64,000 nt of DNA from Desulfatiglandales bacterium (lineage in GTDB: Bacteria > Desulfobacterota > DSM-4660 > Desulfatiglandales > Desulfatiglandaceae): contig OY759599.1 of assembly GCA_963662465.1 (NCBI GenBank), positions 6,304,001 to 6,368,000 on the forward strand. Direction: 5' to 3'. Numbering within the stretch: position 1 is the stretch's first letter; every line of letters starts with the position of its first letter. Below, piece by piece: positions 60,622 through 64,000 of this stretch. The position numbers were made by a program, and so were the translations under genes. The notes beneath the pieces were generated by a model that saw only the letters and a list, made by a program, of their open reading frames with translations, made no database searches and was not told the origin of the DNA.

Positions 60622-63600
60622 ATGATAACATTTAAAATCAATAATAAAGAAGTTCAGGGAGAGGAAGGGCAGTATATCCTCGACGTGGCCAAAAAGGTCG
60701 GCATTAAAATCCCCACCCTCTGCCATCATGAGGCCCTGGAGCCGGCAGGCATGTGTAGATTATGCACCGTGGAGCTCTTTGACGGGCGCAGAACCAAATT
60801 CGTGACCGCCTGCAACCACCCCATTTGGGAAGGGATGGAGGTGTTTACGGATACCGAATCCGTCATCGAGGGGCGAAAACTCATTGTGGAGCTGCTGCTG
60901 GCCCGCTGCCCGAATGTGCCGGTGATTAAAGATCTGGCCCAAGAATACGGCATTTCAAAACCCCGGTTTCTGGAAGAGGGAGATGACTGCATTCTCTGCG
61001 GCCTTTGTGTTCGCATGTGCGAAAAGATGGGCAACAGCGCCATCAGCTTCACGGGCCGCGGGGTAGAGATGAAAGTGGATACCCCCTTTCATGTACAGAC
61101 CGAATTCTGCATGGGGTGTGGGGCGTGCGCGTCGGTCTGTCCCACCGGGCATATCAAACTTGAAGACATCGCCAAGCATCAGGTGAAACCCATTCCATCG
61201 GAATACGACATGGGTCTGAAAGGCCGCAAGCCCATTTACGTGCCCTATGCCCAGGCGATTCCCAATACTCCCGTTATTGACCGGGACATGTGTATGCACT
61301 TCAAAACCGGCGGATGCCAGGTATGTACGGAATTCTGCGGGGTGGATGCCATTGATCACATGCAGCAGGATGAAATTATTGAACTGGAAGTGGGGTCCAT
61401 CATTCTGGCGCCGGGGTTTCAACCTTTCGATCCCTCCAAACTGACCCATTACGGATACGGCCGGCATCCCAACGTAATGACGGCAATGGAATTTGAGCGC
61501 ATTTTGTCGGCCTCGGGACCCACCCTGGGACATTTGACGCGGCCCTCCGACGGGGGGGAACCCAAGAAAATTGCCTGGATACAATGCGTGGGTTCCCGGG
61601 AAGAGAATCGTTGCGATCACGGGTATTGTTCTTCCGTGTGCTGCATGTACGCCATCAAGGAGGCGGTCATCGCCAAGGAGCATGCGGGAAGCGATCTGGA
61701 GTGTACCATCTTCTTCATGGATATGCGGACCCACGGCAAGGATTTCGAGCGCTATTATGACGACGCTCGGAATAAGCATGGGGTTCGTTTTATCCGGTCC
61801 CGAATCCCTGCCATTGACATTGTCAAGGGTCGGGATGAACTGGGCATTACCTATGTAAATGAACAGATGACCCCCACGACGGAATCCTTTGATCTGGTGG
61901 TTTTATCCGTGGGTATGGAAACGCCGCCTGAACTGACAGCGTTGGCCCATCGGCTGAATATTGATCTCACCACGGGTCATTTCTGCGACAGTTCCTCCTT
62001 TCGTCCCGTGACCACATCCCGTGAAGGGGTTTTTGTGTGCGGCGCCTTTGCCGGACCCAAGGATATCCCCCAGTCCGTGGTGGAAGCCAGTTCCGCGGCG
62101 GCTGAAGCGGGGGCGCTCCTGAAAGGCGCTCGAAACACCCTGACGAAGCAGGAAACCTTTCCCGAGGAACGGGTCGTTGCGGGTGAGCGCCCCAGAATCG
62201 GCGTTTTTGTCTGCCAGTGCGGCATCAATATCGGTGGGGTGGTGGATGTCCCTTCGGTGAGGGATTACGCAGCCTCCTTGCCCTATGTGGCGTATGTGAC
62301 CGACAACCTATACACCTGTTCCCAGGACACCCAGGAGAGCATAGCCAAGGTTATTCGCGAAAACAACCTGAACCGCATTGTGGTGGCCGCCTGTACGCCT
62401 AAGACCCATGAGGCCCTGTTCCAGGAAACCCTGGTGGCGGCGGGGTTGAACAAGTACCTGTTTGAGATGACCAACATCCGCAACCAGGATTCCTGGGTGC
62501 ATAAGAATGATCCCCAAATGGCCACCCAAAAAGCCATGGATCTGGTGCGCATGGCCGTGGCCAAAGTGGCGCTCATGGAATCCCTTACGGAAACGGAGCT
62601 TGATATCAACCCGAAAGCCCTGGTGGTGGGGGGCGGCATCTCCGGTATGGCGGCGGCACAGAGTCTTTCAGATCAGGGCTATGCGGTTTGTCTGGTGGAG
62701 CGGGAACCATTTCTGGGGGGGCAGGGGAGTCTTCTTTTCAGGACCTGGAAGGGCGAAGATGTGCAGATGAACCTGACCCAAATGATTGAGAAGATCCAGG
62801 CCGATCCGAATATCGATCTGCACCTGAATACGGAACTGACGGACGTTGCGGGGTTTGTGGGGAATTTTAAAAGCACCCTTTCAACCGAAGGCCATGAGAC
62901 TCTGGTGGAGCATGGCGTGGCGGTCATTGCCACGGGCGCCTTTGAACGAAAACCGGATGAATATCTCTACGGTGAAGATGCCCGGGTGTTGACCCATCTG
63001 GAACTGGATCAGCGCTTCATCGGAAACGATCCTTCCTTAAAAAAGATGAAATCCGCCGTCTTTATCCAATGTGTGGGGTCCCGGGAACCGGATCGCCCCT
63101 ATTGTTCTCGCGTGTGCTGCACCCATGCCATGGAAAGCGCGTTGCACCTGAAGAAACTGAATCCCGAAATGCGGGTGGTGGTTCTTTTCCGTGACATTCG
63201 AACTTATGGGGAACGGGAGTATCTTTATCGTGAAGCGCGTCTGGCGGGGGTATTGTTCATTCCCTTTACCGTGGATCGGAAGCCGAGGGTTTTTAAGGAT
63301 CAGGACCAGCTCAAAATCCAGGTGATGGATCCGTTGCTGGGAGAAGAAGTGGTGTTGACGGCGGACCTTTTGTGCCTCGCTTCGGCCATTGTTCCCTACC
63401 GGGATGAAACATTGGCCCAGATGTTCAAGGTTCCCATGAATGCGGATGGCTTTTTTGTGGAAGCCCATGCCAAGCTGGGACCGTCGGAATTTGCCACGGA
63501 CGGCGTCTTTTTATGCGGCATGGACCACTATCCAAAGCCCATCGACGAATCCATTGCCCAGGCCCTGGCTGCCGCCTCCAGGGCCGTGACCCTGCTGGCC

Positions 63601-63855
63601 CGGAAAACCGTTCGCATGAGCGGCACTGTTGCCTGGGTTGACCCACGCCAGTGCAGCAGCTGCGGCGTATGCCTTGCCATTTGCCCCTATTCCGCGCCCA
63701 CCATCCTCGAGAAAGGTCCCTTTGCCGGTAAAATGGAAATTAACCCGGCATTGTGCAAGGGATGCGGTTTATGCGTGGCGTCCTGCAGGTCGGGCGCCCT
63801 CAATCTTAAGGGGTTCGGGGAAAATCAGATCATGGCCATGATCAATGAAATATAG
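60622..63855 (+). CDS. hdrA: Fusion: HydA/NuoG-type N-terminal Fe-S domain + remainder of a tandem (two-flavin) HdrA
   Basis: IPTLC..CRLC..TAC, CILCGLC, CMGCGAC; then SEYDMGLKGRKPIY, QCVGSR..CSSVCC, GVFVCQCG, VVGGGISG, second QCVGSR..CSRVCC, C-terminal 2x[4Fe-4S]. Confidence 0.92.
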   Translation: MITFKINNKEVQGEEGQYILDVAKKVGIKIPTLCHHEALEPAGMCRLCTVELFDGRRTKFVTACNHPIWEGMEVFTDTESVIEGRKLIVELLLARCPNVPVIKDLAQEYGISKPRFLEEGDDCILCGLCVRMCEKMGNSAISFTGRGVEMKVDTPFHVQTEFCMGCGACASVCPTGHIKLEDIAKHQVKPIPSEYDMGLKGRKPIYVPYAQAIPNTPVIDRDMCMHFKTGGCQVCTEFCGVDAIDHMQQDEIIELEVGSIILAPGFQPFDPSKLTHYGYGRHPNVMTAMEFERILSASGPTLGHLTRPSDGGEPKKIAWIQCVGSREENRCDHGYCSSVCCMYAIKEAVIAKEHAGSDLECTIFFMDMRTHGKDFERYYDDARNKHGVRFIRSRIPAIDIVKGRDELGITYVNEQMTPTTESFDLVVLSVGMETPPELTALAHRLNIDLTTGHFCDSSSFRPVTTSREGVFVCGAFAGPKDIPQSVVEASSAAAEAGALLKGARNTLTKQETFPEERVVAGERPRIGVFVCQCGINIGGVVDVPSVRDYAASLPYVAYVTDNLYTCSQDTQESIAKVIRENNLNRIVVAACTPKTHEALFQETLVAAGLNKYLFEMTNIRNQDSWVHKNDPQMATQKAMDLVRMAVAKVALMESLTETELDINPKALVVGGGISGMAAAQSLSDQGYAVCLVEREPFLGGQGSLLFRTWKGEDVQMNLTQMIEKIQADPNIDLHLNTELTDVAGFVGNFKSTLSTEGHETLVEHGVAVIATGAFERKPDEYLYGEDARVLTHLELDQRFIGNDPSLKKMKSAVFIQCVGSREPDRPYCSRVCCTHAMESALHLKKLNPEMRVVVLFRDIRTYGEREYLYREARLAGVLFIPFTVDRKPRVFKDQDQLKIQVMDPLLGEEVVLTADLLCLASAIVPYRDETLAQMFKVPMNADGFFVEAHAKLGPSEFATDGVFLCGMDHYPKPIDESIAQALAAASRAVTLLARKTVRMSGTVAWVDPRQCSSCGVCLAICPYSAPTILEKGPFAGKMEINPALCKGCGLCVASCRSGALNLKGFGENQIMAMINEI

Positions 63856-63879
63856 TTTATAGACCGGGAGGAAACATGT

Positions 63880-64000
63880 ATGGGAGCCGTTGACCTGGAC
63901 CAATGCGATCCTGATTTTGCAAAAGAATTGGCCCGACAGCCTGAAGCCGAAAAAATATCCGCCTGTTTTGTATGCCGTACCTGCGTTGCCGGGTGTCCCA
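63880..64000 (+). CDS. hdrC: HdrC-like Fe-S subunit, runs off the window
   Basis: GGAGG RBS; MGAVDLDQCDPDFAKEL..SACFVCRTCVAGCP. Confidence 0.8.
   Translation, partial: MGAVDLDQCDPDFAKELARQPEAEKISACFVCRTCVAGCP

Noticed and set aside
60622..61200. [FeFe]-hydrogenase or formate dehydrogenase catalytic subunit
   Set aside because: Only the N-terminal Fe-S relay is present; no H-cluster or molybdopterin motifs follow
39798..61779. Long antisense ORFs (39798-40973, 58606-59730, 60955-61779, 51318-51983; also 37331-38092)
   Set aside because: Shadow frames of well-supported genes, with no recognisable motifs
1..64000. tRNA, rRNA or riboswitch (including a cobalamin riboswitch near the mutase genes)
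   Set aside because: None recognised by eye; a tRNAscan-SE/Rfam search would be needed to exclude them

Overview
The gene content suggests a sulfate-reducing or syntrophic deltaproteobacterium (Desulfobacterota-like; inferred). The window has three zones. (1) 0.3-14 kb is a surface-polysaccharide cluster with several decayed genes. It holds GT4/GT2 glycosyltransferases, a Wzx flippase, a UDP-GlcNAc-type 2-epimerase and a WbpB-WbpD fusion. (2) 14-39 kb is a scrambled accessory zone. It has one IS66-type element, two copies of an unusual 2.0-kb IS with perfect 26-bp TIRs, a 103-bp MITE, and roughly ten intact or broken toxin-antitoxin / MNT-HEPN modules. It also has AAA-ATPase fragments and scattered pieces of duplicated neighbouring genes. 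(3) 39-64 kb is more core-like. It encodes an acyl-CoA dehydrogenase, a Ski2-like helicase, a double-domain exosortase-like protein, tandem coiled-coil repeat genes and a methylmalonyl-CoA pathway operon (carboxyltransferase, sucCD, split mutase). A divergent redox operon follows. There a two-flavin HdrA is split: its N-terminal 131 aa appear to be a separate selenoprotein (in-frame TGA plus SECIS-like hairpin, missed by the ORF track). NuoE/HydC and NuoF/HydB genes follow, then a HydA/NuoG N-terminal Fe-S domain fused to the rest of HdrA, then hdrC. This split HdrA-HydABC-like architecture and the unusual IS are the strongest candidates for something new.
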